Shown: one piece after another, positions 14,773 to 29,512 of the stretch
Numbering within the stretch: position 1 is the stretch's first letter
Layout: the number at the start of each line of letters is the position of its first letter
Assembly: GCA_964016885.1 (NCBI GenBank)
Contig: OZ024743.1
Span: 266,848,001 to 266,912,000, forward strand
DNA: 64,000 bases
Source: Eledone cirrhosa
Lineage: Eukaryota
Direction: 5' to 3'
Notes under the pieces: model-generated
Told to the model about the DNA's origin: nothing
Database searches by the model: none
What the model saw: the letters and a program-made list of their open reading frames with translations, nothing else
Made by a program: the position numbers and the translations under genes

Positions 14773-16795
14773 TTAGTCCGACCCCTCCACCTCCCACATC
14801 TTCCTAACCCCACCCCTCCCCTCCTTCAAACGCGCACGCAATCTCCGCACCCTCCTCGTCCACAGCTCCCTACCCCCCAACCCACGCTCCCCCGATTCCT
14901 TTCCCTGTTCTAGGCCCCGCTGCAACACCTGTCCCCACATCACCAACACGACCACCTTCCAGGGTCCCAACGGCCACTCTCTCTCTGTCCAGCATGCCTT
15001 CCGCTGCACCTCCTCCAACCTAGTCTACGGACAGATTCACCGAGCACCTCCGGGATATTCGTCTCGGTGGTAGTTCCCCCATCGCCCGCCACTTTGGTGC
15101 CCCTGGACATTCCGCACGGCATCTCACAGTCTGTGGCCTACTCCAATGCCACGGAACACCCGCCAATCTCCTCAGAGTTGAACAAAGAACCATCTTCATC
15201 TTACAGACCCACACTCCCCCCGGCCTGAACTCCCCACCCTTATTCCTTCAGCCTTCGACCGCCCCTCCCCCCACACATATCGCCCACTAACACCACTAAC
15301 ACACCCCTCCTTTTCACCGCCCACCCCACAACTAACAATACTAACACCTCCACCCCACCCATCATCCGACCACCCTTCCCCACCTAACATACTAACATCC
15401 CTCCCTTCTTCTCCTCCCCCTCCTTATCACACACACACACACCCACCGGCACATATATACACGCGCTCACACTAAACACACACCCTACTACCACGACTAA
15501 CCCTCACCCCCACACATCCACCCCACCAGCCCCGCAACTAACATCACTAACACCCCCTGACCCCAAGCACACGAACACACGCACCCACTTACACCACCCA
15601 CCCTACACGCAACTAACATCACTAACACACCCCCAACCCCACGCACACGTACACACACACACCCTCTTACACCACCAACTCTACACACCCTACCACCACT
15701 GACCCCCACTCACACCCGCATTCAACCCTTTCTCCACCTCCTGTATACTAACACCCACTAACACCCCCTTCATCAAACTACACACACACTTGTACACCAC
15801 ACTCTCTCCATCGACACCCACACCCTTCTCTCCCCGCTCCACCCACACCCTTTCTCCAACACTCACTCATACCACTAACACCTCTACTAATATACACCCC
15901 CCTCCTCACTCCTACTTTCACACCTACCCATCCTCGCCTCTTTACCATTCCACCCTACTGCTGCTATGCCTTCTGACCACCTCCCAGCACACACAGACAC
16001 ACAGCACTCCTACTGCCTTGACCACTTCCTGTTGCGCGCGCAGCCCCACATCTCCCCTCTTCCGACCATCTCTTCACGGATTCCTCGTATGTGGACCTTG
16101 ACCGCGGAATCAACTACCATCCTAGGATTTTACCAACCTTTCCACAACATCTTCTTACAGAATCACCTTCATGACTCACCCACACACACACCCAAAAACA
16201 TATTTTTTCCCACACGCCACCTACACCCACAACACGCTTAAACACCACACACACGTGCGTTCCGCCACATATTTACACATTCAGCCTCCGGATTCCTCTC
16301 CCACCACCCCTCTATCCACACACGCACACACACTCCGACCTACACCCCACCCCACACACACCTCTTCCTGAACATGCAACCCCGTTCTTCCCCCAACCCT
16401 TGCTTTCGCATACACACACACGTAGACCTACACACACACACCACCTTCAGCCCTCCCCGCTCGGACACCCCGTCTCCCTCTCCCCACTCCACCCGTCACC
16501 ACCCCTACACGCCCCACACCCTTCCACCACCTGTTTTACCCCATTTTAATTTTATTTTGATCATGCCTTTATTTTTAATTTCATTTGCACCGTTTCCTCT
16601 CACCCCCCTTTTTGCTATATGTCTCTCCACCACTCCCCTACACACCCTTTGAACTCTCTTCCAACACACTTTCCACCTGAAGAAGGGCTTATGCCCGAAA
16701 CGTCGTTCCCCACCACCACCCCACTCTCAAGAGCGTGACATTAATAAACATTCGTTGTACTGCCTCTCTGTTTTGTTCCTGTTCAAATTTTCCAT
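14773..16795 (+). mobile_element. 5'-truncated Penelope-like element (Neptune-type Cys linker, decayed GIY-YIG, long C-rich 3' UTR)
   Basis: Plus-strand reading PLPSFKRARNLRTLLVHS..FPCSRPRCNTCPHI..CTSSNLVY..RFTEHLRDI..PIARHF..EQRTIFIL; the YIG segment appears deleted; HHR at 16677 and AATAAA at 16743; (TA)n on both sides. Confidence 0.85.
16670..16710 (+). ncRNA. Minimal PLE-type hammerhead motif
   Basis: CTGAAGA-a-gggc(ttat)gccc-GAAAC-GTC; stem I not well preserved. Confidence 0.65.
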
Positions 16796-16812
16796 TATAT
16801 ATATATATATGT

Positions 16813-16966
16813 ATAACGAAGGTGTGGTAAGCTACCAGATGGACCATAACGCACCTTAGCACTCAATAGTTAGGGTAGTAGAGTGAGTAATAGGAACATT
16901 TTAGGCCGAGCTCTGAAATAGGCGTTCAAACTGCTTGAGCTCTGCCGTCGGTGTCTAACATTTTGC

Positions 16967-16968
<2 letters not shown>
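16813..16968. repeat. Copy of the short HHR family also at 25951, 40213, 43233 and 49292
   Basis: Shared gtggtaag..accagatggaccataacgcacc..actcaata.ttagggtagtagagtg. Confidence 0.75.
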
Positions 16969-17033
<65 letters not shown>

Positions 17034-17042
17034 ATATACATA

Positions 17043-17079
<37 letters not shown>

Positions 17080-17121
17080 ACATATATATTTTGTTTAGGT
17101 TTGTTAGTTCACCACTCTATG

Positions 17122-17235
<114 letters not shown>

Positions 17236-17319
17236 CATATAGATATATATTTATATATATACTTAAGCGGAAATATCCAAGATAAATCGCACTCAGTCCA
17301 TAGGACGAGTTTAGTATAA

Positions 17320-17495
17320 GTAATTACAACAGTGACATAAACAGCTAATCAAGTTTTGTTGTGTTCTGGGCCCCAATTCATTGAGCTTGTCATGAGAAAA
17401 ACAAAAAAAAAACCTTTTTCTCATGACAGGCTCAATGAATTGGGGCCCAGAACCCAACGAAACTAGAGTACCTGTTTATGCCACTGTTGTAATTA
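17320..17495. repeat. Palindrome (~80-bp arms) with an HHR-like fold
   Basis: taattacaacagtgacataaacag...catgagaaaaa versus tttttctcatg...ctgtttatgccactgttgtaatta. Confidence 0.85.
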
Positions 17496-17519
17496 TCTCT
17501 CTCTCTCTATATATATATT

Positions 17520-17623
<104 letters not shown>

Positions 17624-17689
17624 TGTGTGTGTGGGCGCGCGCGCGCGCGCGTGTGTTAAATAGTATATTATATATTATATTACTGATAT

Positions 17690-18100
17690 CTGCATGATGT
17701 GGAAAATATTCCATCAGCTTTGCCCAAACCATTTTGGCATCACCTTTAATGTATACCCAAGGCTTGTGGCCCGTGCTATTCACCCACGACAAAAATCTTA
17801 CTAGCATCTCATAAAACAATACGGCACAATTATTTCACCTCGATTAACCCTGCTCTCTTTAACATTACACCAAAACACATCAAAACAGAAACAGAACCCG
17901 TCAAGTTCGAGAAGTATTTGGACAAATTCCTTCAAGAAATCCCAGATAAGCCTCCTAGACTCCGATATGCCTCCGTAAGGAATAACTCTCTCCTCCAGTG
18001 GGCCATGGTGCCAAAACCCTGCTTTGTAAGACTTCGCCAGGTGTTGCTATTAAGTTAGACATGGCCTGGGCCATTACTGGCCGAAACCTATCAAAGTTAT
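17690..18100 (+). mobile_element. CR1/L2-group LINE 3' end (same family as 9530-10215)
   Basis: PVKFEKYLDKFLQEIPDKP translation and shared 3' tail. Confidence 0.75.
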
Positions 18101-18389
18101 ATATTGCTGTTGCTACTCAGAATTTCTCGGAATGCCGTTGATATTGAAACTGGCAATGATTTTACATGGCCAGTAGATACATCAAATATCATATATCATG
18201 TATTCAAAGCGGCACATACACGGAGATCCACATACATCTGCACATACATACATAGGTAATATATATCTTAATGTAGATGTATATGCATACATATATACTC
18301 ACATTCAGACATTACCAAACATTTATCTCTGTATAAACATATTCATCTGCACATACACATACTCTCCTCTCTCGCCCTCTCTCTCTCTC

Positions 18390-18444
<55 letters not shown>

Positions 18445-18530
18445 GGAGGTGAGTTTTATTGTAGTACAATAAAGCAATGCAGATATCGGATAAGAAGCAC
18501 TCTACAGTTTGTAGGACTGGAGTATATATA

Positions 18531-19293
<763 letters not shown>

Positions 19294-19382
19294 ATATATG
19301 GGATAATATGTGTGAGTCGATGTATATGTACATACAGAGACATGTGCGTGGTAACGTGTACATAGTTGATAAAAAATGTGAG

Positions 19383-19419
<37 letters not shown>

Positions 19420-19445
19420 CCATTGTTGAGCCTTCCATAAGGACC

Positions 19446-19550
<105 letters not shown>

Positions 19551-19559
19551 TATATACAA

Positions 19560-21900
19560 CAATGAAGATGGGTAATTCTCCGGGTATCAACATTCGGCGA
19601 TGACGACAGAGATGTAAGTGAATGTAGAATGAGATGTATAGCCTGTAGAAGAACGTAGGAAAGAGCGTAGAAAATAAAAACAATAACACGGGATAGAGTT
19701 ACCTTGGGAGAGATTTAATTGTCCCTATATTTCGGATTCACATCCATCAACCGGGGGGGGGGGGGGTCCGGTGGAGGGGGGTATCTGTCGGAGAGGAGCG
19801 ATAAGTGTCCTCTGCTGTTCGTTGTTTTGAATATCTGAGGTATTCATCTGAACGCGTGTGCGTGCCGAATAAGTTCGGTCAAACCAAGGTCGACGGCCGA
19901 AATAGTTCTTTTAATCGTGGGAGAGGGGTGGAGTTAGCTGTCAATCCATTGTATTATCTATTTGTGCTGGTTTCTGTGTTAGCATATTCGTATGGTGGTG
20001 GTATTCGCTTGCCTGTTTGGTGAATGTTACTGTGTGTGTGTGTGTGCGTGTGTTGTTGTCTCATTTGTTTAAACCAACCACCTCATTTCGCTTCTCTCGG
20101 ATCAGTTATTTATTTGTGGCCCTAGGCTTTTGATCCAAAGTGCTTCCTTGATTCGTAACGTGCCGACGTTGCGTTCTATCGCTAGCACTGTGAAAATGGG
20201 CCTTCCGTCTTTGTTTCCGCACTTAGTTATGTGTTTCTGGAAAGACGAGGTCCTGGTGTTCATGTGCTCCTTGATCCGGATGTGTAGCGGTCGGATAGAT
20301 CTACCGATATAGTAGTGGTTGCACTTGTCAGATTCTACCTTATACACGACGTATGTGCGTAGGCGACCGTTCGTTTGGTGCATCGGGCAGTTTCTGAGGG
20401 AGCACGCGTCAGTCGATTTCCCGGGTTTCCTGGAGAAGCATCTTCGCAGAGAGAGGCCAGAGTGGGCCAGGTAGATGTCGTGGCCCTTCCTCCGTATAGC
20501 TCTGCGGTAAAGCGTTGGTGGTATTATCGCCCAGGTGTGGTATTTTAAGGAAGCACTTGCCTTGGGTATTTCTCTGTCTCTTGCGTCTGGTGTCTCTTAT
20601 TCTGTTTGTGAGCGAGGTAAGGTACCCGTACGTCTCCAGCAGTTAGAGGAATCGCTTGGTATGGGTGACACCACTCGTGAGATCGCTGCATGAGTTTTTA
20701 ATTCACGTGATCTCGTTCGTGACGTACCCTCTTTTAACACTGTTAGGGAGGGCAGATTTGTTGTGGACGAACAAGTCCCTGCAGGCTGCTTTGCGGTAGA
20801 AATTGGTATGGATCCCTCCTTGTTCCGTGATGTTGTTTCAGGAAGTCGAGGAGGGCAAGTGACCCGTCATCGCTGGGGTGTTCAACACTGAAATGAATGT
20901 TCTCGTCCGTGTTGTTGAACGTCTCATAAATTCCGTTCGCCATCTCCTGGGAAGATGTGAGGATGAGGATATCGTCCATGTACCTTGAGAAAAAGGCGAC
21001 GGCGTTGGGGTGGCAGGTGTTGAGTGCCTTGCGCTCGATGCTGTTCATGTATGAGATCGCTAGCACACCCGACAGGCTTGTTGGTATGTTTGGTCGGGAA
21101 ATCCGAAGTATGTGTTGTCAACGACGATGGATAGGAGTTGGTGGATGTAAGTTGGGGTGAGCCCGAAGCAGTGTAGGTCGGTAGATTGGACGCGTTCCAT
21201 CAGTATATGAACGGCCGGGAATGCCGGGACCGAGGTGTAAAGAGCGACTACATCAAGGCTGAAGGAATATCTGTTAACCTTTCTGGTGTCGGGATCCATT
21301 TGATGCAGGCGCTTGGAGTTGTTTACGTGTCCTTGCAAGGTGTATAGAATGGGTTTGAGTATTGTAGCTAGGAGCCATGACATTTTGTAGAGCGGTCCTT
21401 CCATGCTCGATACAATGGGTCTGATCTTCAGGTGGGGGTCCCTGTTTGTTAGTTTTCACAAGGTGGTAGAAGGCGGGTAGTCTGCTGTTCCTTGTGAGGA
21501 GGTTGTATCTCAGCTTCTTCGGGAGCTTCAGCCGGTCACATATGTTGGCCCAGGCGGCGTTGATGTGCTCCTTTATCTGCGCAGGAGGGATTCCCGTGAC
21601 TTTGAAGTAGAGGTTTTCATCGTCAAGGTGTTGGAGTGCCAGGTTGTTGTAGGCCTCTCTGCTGATGACGCAGAATTCTTTTCACTTGTCGGGGGAGGGG
21701 ATAGATGAGGTTCTTCGATTTCAGGTTGGAGAGAGTGTGAGGTTGTGTGTTGTGTGTGTGTGTGTGTGTGTGTAGAATATCCGAGATGGAGTGTTTTAAC
21801 CTGATGAGTTTAGTGTCGAGTTCGTGGTTGGTGGGTGAGGGGTGGCGTGGGTTGTCGAGGTGGTAAGTGGGGAACTTGGAATGGGTTGCGTGGGCGCTGT
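19560..21900 (-). mobile_element. Penelope-like element (Poseidon/Penelope-like), frameshifted RT + GIY-YIG
   Basis: FSLDVVALYTSVP (motif A), FFSRYMDDILI (motif C), FSVEHPSDDGSLALLD, YVVYKVESDKCNHYYIGRSIRPLHIRIKEH, LRIKEALWIKSLGPQIN in several frames; (TA)n on both sides. Confidence 0.92.
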
Positions 21901-22169
21901 TATTTATATATATATATATACAATTGTGCGTGTGTGTGTGTGTGTGTATAGATAGATATAGATATAGATATTGTAAACAAAGTTTCATACACTTAACTTG
22001 TATGTGCTACCAATAGTTTAGGGATTCATTCATAGCCACTGCTATATGATGGGGGAGGCACTTTTAAACCAGCACTTCCTTCAGGCATGAGGAGAAAAAT
22101 ATGAAAAAGAATGTTGATATCTCTAGCCAAAAACGCACTCCTAATAATAGAGAGCTCTATTCGATGTAT

Positions 22170-22580
22170 GAGAGTTAATCATGTGGGTAAGAAGTTCTTA
22201 GACATTATAGATAAGCACTTTACACCATAATACAGAAAAGTAAGATCTTCAATCGACGATCACCGAGAATTTCCTATTCTTCTGCCTCATCTATGAAATC
22301 TAAAATAACTGCAAAGAGCAAACTGCATGAACCTCCTTTGTCATCTTGAAGCATGCAGTGTGATTTAACATACATTACAGCAAAACTGTAATGTATGTTA
22401 AATCCATAATTTAACCAGAGATCAAGCATACAGAAGCCAACAAGCCAGAGACCTGCGAATATATGTAGGTCTAGAAACGTTTTAAACGAAGGTTCTACCT
22501 GCACCTTTCCTTATTTAGACACTACAGCATGGAAATTACCACAGCACTAGCAAACAGAGCCTGGCAGCTAAAACACACAA
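22170..22580 (+). mobile_element. Decayed PLE fragment (linker and GIY-YIG) from a different clade
   Basis: NHVGKKFLDIIDKHF..KIFNRRSPRISYSS..MKSKI and ..VGL..FKRRFYLHLSLFRH..TALANRAWQLK. Confidence 0.75.
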
Positions 22581-23260
22581 ATACACACAACACACACACA
22601 TACATACTCACATATACACACACATACACACATACACCCTAACACATCTACCCACCGACACGCGCATAGAAACACACAAACTCATTTATGCTAAGTTATA
22701 CAGTATAATTTAAATGTAATGCAATCCCTATAAAACATTTTGAAAAAAAAGCCATGAAGTTATATTAAAAAAATACTTTGTTAAATATAATTTAGTTACC
22801 CAAAAAAATTTGTAATACATACTCAACATAATTTGAAATAAAACTTAAACATTAACATATAACAAATTAATATGTTATATAAGAAATATTTAATCTGAAT
22901 ATAAGTACAGACATACATTCACATTTAACGCACACATACCCGAAAATATAAATGGTCTATAAGTGAAAGCACAGACACAAACACAGATACAGATATGTAA
23001 GCATAAGGAGACATATGCCTACTATAAGATTCTGTAATCACACTTATCGCTACACACGAATGTATATGTGCACAGAGACTTTAGTCAATTTCTGATATAC
23101 ATATGTATATATTAATATACATATTATATAATATATAACACATATATATATGTATATATATATATATTATAATAAATATTTGGTCTACGGGTTTATATAT
23201 ATATTATATATATATAATCCTATCGAGCCCTCTTAAGATTTTAGTCTTCACATTTATTAT

Positions 23261-23374
<114 letters not shown>

Positions 23375-24305
23375 GTGAGTGTGTTTGTGTAAGTGTACAT
23401 TCGCATGCACCCCACATGTATAACTCTCCAGTTACAGTTGCGCATACGAACACATTAACACCATGTCTCTATCGGTTAAAGCTGTCATGTACTTACATGA
23501 GTACCACCAATGATGCTACTACTAACAAACACACAAGTGTGTGTCCGTATTTTGTCAATCAATTTAACATCGCCGCTGAGATACTGTGTGCCTTCACAGA
23601 CTGAACGCTCTTGCAAGAATTTTGTTGAATTAGTCAATATTTCCCAACGAAGTGGGAGGCCCTGACAAACTAATGAAATATGGGTGCTAATCTTCATACT
23701 GAGTTAGCAACAAAAAGCTATTTGTTATCAGGCAAAATATTCAAATCTAGAATGACTGTATTAGGCACAAGCCTGTTTACTACATCTATAAAACAGAGGT
23801 ATATCTTCGGTCCATACGTCTTGGTCAACTTGGATTACAATACTATAGGGCATGGAACATTTCTAAGAAATCTTTTTCCTTGTAATCTCTTTTCTTTCCT
23901 GTTTTATTTCATCCTTCTATTTCGATGTCGAATTCATTAAGTTGGATACGATATTCGACTGAAAACATACGGGACCATGAATTCAAAGCCACGTAGGAAT
24001 AACAGTTAAGCTCTGGGCAGAAATTGGAATTTTTCACTTTTTTAAATTATCGTTTCGAAACTTATTTGGGTTTTGAAATTTAAATTTGTCTACGGAACAG
24101 GTTTGGATTTTGAAATTTAAATTTGTCCAGGTATCAGGGTTATTGCCAATATGGGTTTGTTTTTATTGATTTATTATTTTAAATCGAGACAGGCAAACTG
24201 TATTAATTTTAATTAGTATTTTTCAATCTAGCTAACTTGGTCATTTACAATACAAACACTTATATGTTTATATTAGTGTTTATCAGATATTAATTTATAT
24301 TAACT

Positions 24306-24354
<49 letters not shown>

Positions 24355-24356
<2 letters not shown>

Positions 24357-24600
24357 GGTGTTGGATGCTTTGCTTAAAGCGTCCGTATGCGGTAGGCCGT
24401 TTGGGCACTCGATGCTCTCAGAGAGCAGAGTATGATATCACAGAAAAAAAGGATAATCAGTGTTGCGACGAATGGAATTTATCGGTCATATTACAATCGT
24501 CTCTCTGGCGATCAGCTCGAGGCACGATCAATGAGATCGAACCTGACTCTGAAAATCGGAAGGTCCTCAGATACATCTTGATTCTACGAAGTTGATTTTC
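24355..24600 (-). repeat. Diverged copy of the module at 39240-39565
   Basis: Shared aatcagtg.tgc...aattta...ttacaat.gt.tc...agctcgag.cacgatca. Confidence 0.55.
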
Positions 24601-24614
24601 CTATATATATATAT

Positions 24615-25360
24615 ATATACAGGAATACATAAATATTGCATTTAGGGAACATATCGCCAATTGTACTCGCAACCAACATCCAAACTTTAAAATTTTCCCC
24701 ATTTACAAATTCATAGACAACGTTACTTTCATCCAACGTACCAATAAGGAAACATATTTCATTAATGAATTCCAACCCCTACTTAATGCTCTAAAAATCG
24801 GACCAATCTAAATCTGCAACAAACAATCAAACATTTACATTTACCTCCCTCACACCCTACCAAATCCTTTTTCTTAAATAAATTAAATATGATCCAGCAT
24901 GAATTGCTTCCCCCTGCATATTAACTCTCTAAAAAGGGAAATCATATCAAGCCTCAGTCCACCATTGCCTCCATCACGGAATCATGGATCAACTAAGCAC
25001 TCTTGCTATATTAACACATTTTGATCTGCTTAACTTCAATGACTTTGCTTGTAAATAACATTATTTTTTCTTCCACATTGACTTTTTATGTTCTACATTA
25101 TGCACGTTTTTTTCCTTTTCCTTTTTTCTTTTCACTTCATAAACCTTGTTTGTAAAAAACATTATTCTTTGCGCACCCTCTGTTTAACATGTGCGACAGC
25201 ACACTAATACATTTCACTATCATTTGATAATGCAGAAACATGCTGAAACAGGTAATAGACAATAATTAAATATATAAATAGATAAATGAATGCCATTGTT
25301 AAATAATAAATAAATCAACTAATACCTTAACACTTCACACAAAGTAAAACATTTCGTTTT
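24615..25360 (+). mobile_element. PLE 3' remnant (GIY-YIG C-terminus plus 3' UTR with a U3:A8 HHR-like motif)
   Basis: FREHIANCTRNQHPNFKIFPIYKF..IQRTNKETYFINEFQPLLN at ~24640-24787; TTGATAA-t-gca(gaaaca)tgc-t-GAAAC-ag-GTA at ~25224-25254; begins at (TA)n. Confidence 0.72.
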
Positions 25361-25454
25361 AATCCTTTTCTAACCCAGAAAAGAGAGAGAGAGAAACAAA
25401 AAAGGAAAACAATATATTTTTCTTCCTAATAATCGTCTCTTTCTCCCTGTTTTC

Positions 25455-25509
<55 letters not shown>

Positions 25510-25896
25510 ATAAATGGCAATATCTGTCTGTCTGTCTGTGTATCTGTGTATAACCTGTTGGCGCCTACACCAGTGATCCATTCCAGTTGAAATGTTACAC
25601 ACATATTAAGCACCTATTCGGTAAATAGAGTGGCTAATTGGATTTCGATGAAAATCAATAATGGAACCCCTCGGTACTTCTTTACAGTGGAAAGAGAAGA
25701 CGTTTCAGTGAGAGAGGAGGAAGAGGAGATAATACTACTGTATCTTAAACCCTCCATACCACTACTCCTCTTTCTCCTCCCACAACTCTGTCCTCCATAA
25801 TGTGGCAAAAACCTATTAGAAATATACATAAAGCAGACGACAAACTCATTTTGGTTGACGACTGAACAGATGTCTCTGTATATACATACATACATG

Positions 25897-25954
<58 letters not shown>

Positions 25955-26017
25955 AAAAAGTAAGACCCCGGGTTTTACTTTTTCCTATTTCCCACTCTGC
26001 CCTAAGTATATATATAA

Positions 26018-26500
26018 ACTAGCCGAATTACCCGCGCCTTGCTGCGTTTCACACATATTTATTTCTAAGAAAATGATTATTGATTTTAAATCACTGATAT
26101 AATTTATGGAGAAAAACTCTGCATCTCAATATTACTCAATGTAAATTGTAATGCATGGAAAATTGGAAAACATTATTTTTGATAATATATCAAATCCAAA
26201 TTAAATTATTAAATCTTATTCTTATTTTGTTTCTTGTAAATCATTTTTTTCAAAACTTTTGTGAATAGGCATCATATCTTGTCATTTACCCATGGTTTAA
26301 ATTTCATATAAATCGAAGGAAAAATGTCAGCGGGGGTTTTGTGCCTCCGGGGAACCATTCGATTAAAATGAAATATACTTATCCAAGCACGCTGGGCAAT
26401 GTAGTTTCAGAATATATATGGTTATGTGGGTATATCTCCAAAACCATAGGAGTTTGTGAAGAAACAAACAAACAGACAGGAATACAACTTTATATTATAT
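26018..26500 (+). mobile_element. Helentron/HINE-like element
   Basis: Starts actagccgaattacccgcgccttgctgcg; ends aaacaaacagacag..ctttatattatat. Confidence 0.55.
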
Positions 26501-26507
26501 ATATATA

Positions 26508-27784
26508 TTATAAAACAACAGGAGGCTGGATTGGTGTGATTCCTTAAAGTTTTATTATACTATGATCATTTCAATCACCGGGTTCACTATGAACCTGGTG
26601 ACATCATCAGGTATTCGAAATAAAACAAAGGAATATAATAGACAAAATCCATGGGGCTGAAAATTATGGTGCTGAGAATCAGAGACATGAGGGCGACCGA
26701 ACATTTAGCAGCTTCTACCCTGGTCGGCCGCCCTCTAGTGGTAATTATTAAGCCTACCTATGTTCACCTGGGGCCCTGTCAGACATGGAACCCGCAGCCC
26801 CACCGGTTATTGACCGCCAAACAGTGCCTTTAAATTCTAGGCTTAATCATAACTTTTAACATTCCTGCCTCCTTCTACTAGCACTTAACTAAATCCCCCA
26901 CCAGTGTGTATATCTAGTAATCGTTTGGTATAAACGATGGCCAGCCGACGGTGGCGGACTTCCCACTAGCACACCCGACACTTAAGACAATTAACATTCC
27001 TGGAGTGCTCAAAAAAATAAATTTCTATTTCTTTCGCTAGACGATAATACTCGGAATGGCTACCACGCCGCTGGGCATCGGGCTGGCCGGGGGTCCTCAT
27101 GTTCATTAGTTATTGACCGCTAAGCATGGGCTTAATCTTTACTCTATATTCTACCCTGAAACTTTATCGTGACTATCTATAATACACTTAAACTTGTTCA
27201 TAACAGCCTCCTTCTGTAAATTCTTTAGCTAAATCTCACAACTTTAAACCTAAACCTTATTTTTCTAATTTCATCTTAAATGGCATCTTCTAACTCTAAA
27301 CATAAATTTAACGTTTCTAATTGTTAATCGTAATTTCTGTCCATACATTATACCATGCAGACGCCCACTATATATTATTATATATAGCTTTGTTAAAGAT
27401 ATATGTTCTTTGAAAATATATTTTTCGTGGCACTTTCTAGCACCCATGACCAGCTTGCTTGTAACCTGATCGCACCGCTTGCCTATGTCTGTGACGGGGT
27501 AGTAGTATTACACTATAAACCTACGCCCCTTCACCAGATGGACATAGGTAAGCTTAATAATCACCACTGGAGGGCAGCCGACCAGATTAGAAGCTGCTAA
27601 ATGTTCGGTCGCCCTCATGTCTCTGATTCTCAGTTGCATGGATTTTGTCTATTATATTCCTTTGTTATATTTCTAATACCTGATGATGTGACCGGATTCA
27701 TACTGAACCCGATCATTGAAATGAGCATAGTTTTATAAACCTTTAAGGAAATACACCAGTCCAGCCTCCTGTTGTTTTATAATA
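26508..27784. mobile_element. Non-coding element with ~260-bp inverted terminal arms, each containing an HHR
   Basis: 26508-26770 is approximately the reverse complement of 27535-27784; HHR at 26557-26614 (-) atac-CTGATGA-..tcacc-a-ggttca/tgaacc-c-ggtga..-GAAAT-gatc-ATA-gtat, and at 27676-27733 (+). Confidence 0.8.
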
Positions 27785-27927
27785 ATTAACTCCGTAGTCG
27801 CACCACCAACTACACAAACGAAGACGGGTGAGTAGTATTAAGGCGACTTCTCTCCATAATATTACATCGAGGTTGACCATACGGAATGACCAGTTTTATC
27901 CAGTGGTGAACCAACAAACCTAAATAA

Positions 27928-28018
<91 letters not shown>

Positions 28019-28985
28019 TATATCTATATATCACATCCAGATTAAGATCAACTGCAGGAATCGGTGATCCAAAAAAGTGTGATGACAAATGAACATGAAG
28101 TTGGCTTACCATGAGATTAGTCCGAAGAATAAAACCCAATTGACGAATATTCGTACTCCCGGCATGTCAATTGTAACGTGCAGTCTTTCAGAGTAGAGTT
28201 TATTATGTCGATATTTCGAGGTGTCGGATCGTTGGAAGATTAACACGAGTTAAGAAGATGTATCTTCTCCCTCATTATTGACACTTTACAACAGTGAACG
28301 TTACAATGCCCTCTTTAGGGCCAACACTTCTCATTGTTTATCCGACTTATTTTGATGTGTTTTCTCGCGTTATGTCTACTATAGGGGAAACGGGATAGTT
28401 TTCTTGAACTGATTAAGTCATTTGAAGGGCTTTACAAACGGTGATATACAGGGTGCTTGAACAGTACACCAATATGTTCACTTGGTTATCATTTCTTCAA
28501 TAATTGCGATGACTTCCTCAATTGTTCTGTATTTGTTCTTGAGCGCTAAGGCAGTAAGTTTGCTATTCTTATACATACGTTTGTTGAATAAGTTCAATAA
28601 TCTTAGAGCTCAATCTTACCCGGCTTATTCACTCTGAATGAAGAAAGCAGAATGGAACAAGGACTTATGACTTAAACTGCTATTGATAGTTCCACACAAA
28701 AAAATGATCTGCCATAAACATAGCTAGCAAAAGTTGCTATTGAAAATCAAGTATGGGCACCCAGGGTCTCTAGCATTTTCAGGTATACTCTGGGAACTGC
28801 GTATAACGCCATCTTTCACGGGTATTACCGGGTACTGCAGCTAGTATATATATATGAACTCATATCTTTTCAACGGAGAATGGATAACTGTTATCCACTC
28901 GCCGTTTAAACGGCTTGAGCTTAGCAGTCGGGCACTAACGATTAAATATTTTACACACATACAGAGAAAGAAACAAAGAGAGAGA

Positions 28986-29024
<39 letters not shown>

Positions 29025-29286
29025 AGAGAGAAAGAAAGAAAGAAAGAAACAGAGCTTAGTCTAAGTATCGTGAGAAACCTTATTGTGTATTTTAAATATA
29101 GACACATGTGTAAACGTACATAGTAGGCGTAATAGATCTCGCTCTCTCTCTATATATATATTTATTTCCTTCCCTCTTTCCCACCCTCTGTCCATATACT
29201 TATATATGTATACATATATATGCTTTCATATGACGAACCACCCTATGGTAGTGCTACTTCTTATATATATGTATATATATATATAT

Positions 29287-29512
29287 AAGTATGTATACGT
29301 ACATAAGTATTTATACGTACATACATATATGTATACAGACGTACAGTAGTATGTATATATATATACATACATGCACACATATATGTACGTATGGATTCAC
29401 CGAACATTTATTATAATGCTCGGTGTGTTTGTAGACAAACATCCCAAATTAAGCCGTACAGTGTCTAGCAACCATCGTTGCTCATTTGTTCAACACTGAG
29501 AAAGGAACGCTG
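29287..29512 (-). repeat. Partial copy of the 13716-14666 module
   Basis: aagtatgtatacgtacata..ggattcaccgaacatttattataatgctc..gtgtctagcaaccatcgttgctc..aaggaacgctgta. Confidence 0.85.

Noticed and set aside
19720-19756. HHR in the 3' UTR of the 19560 PLE (minus strand ttgat-gga..tcc-gaaatata)
   Set aside because: Core incomplete; position is suggestive but the fold is not supportable
28020-28800. Possible coding remnant on the minus strand
   Set aside because: Frames are interrupted and I could not assign a family
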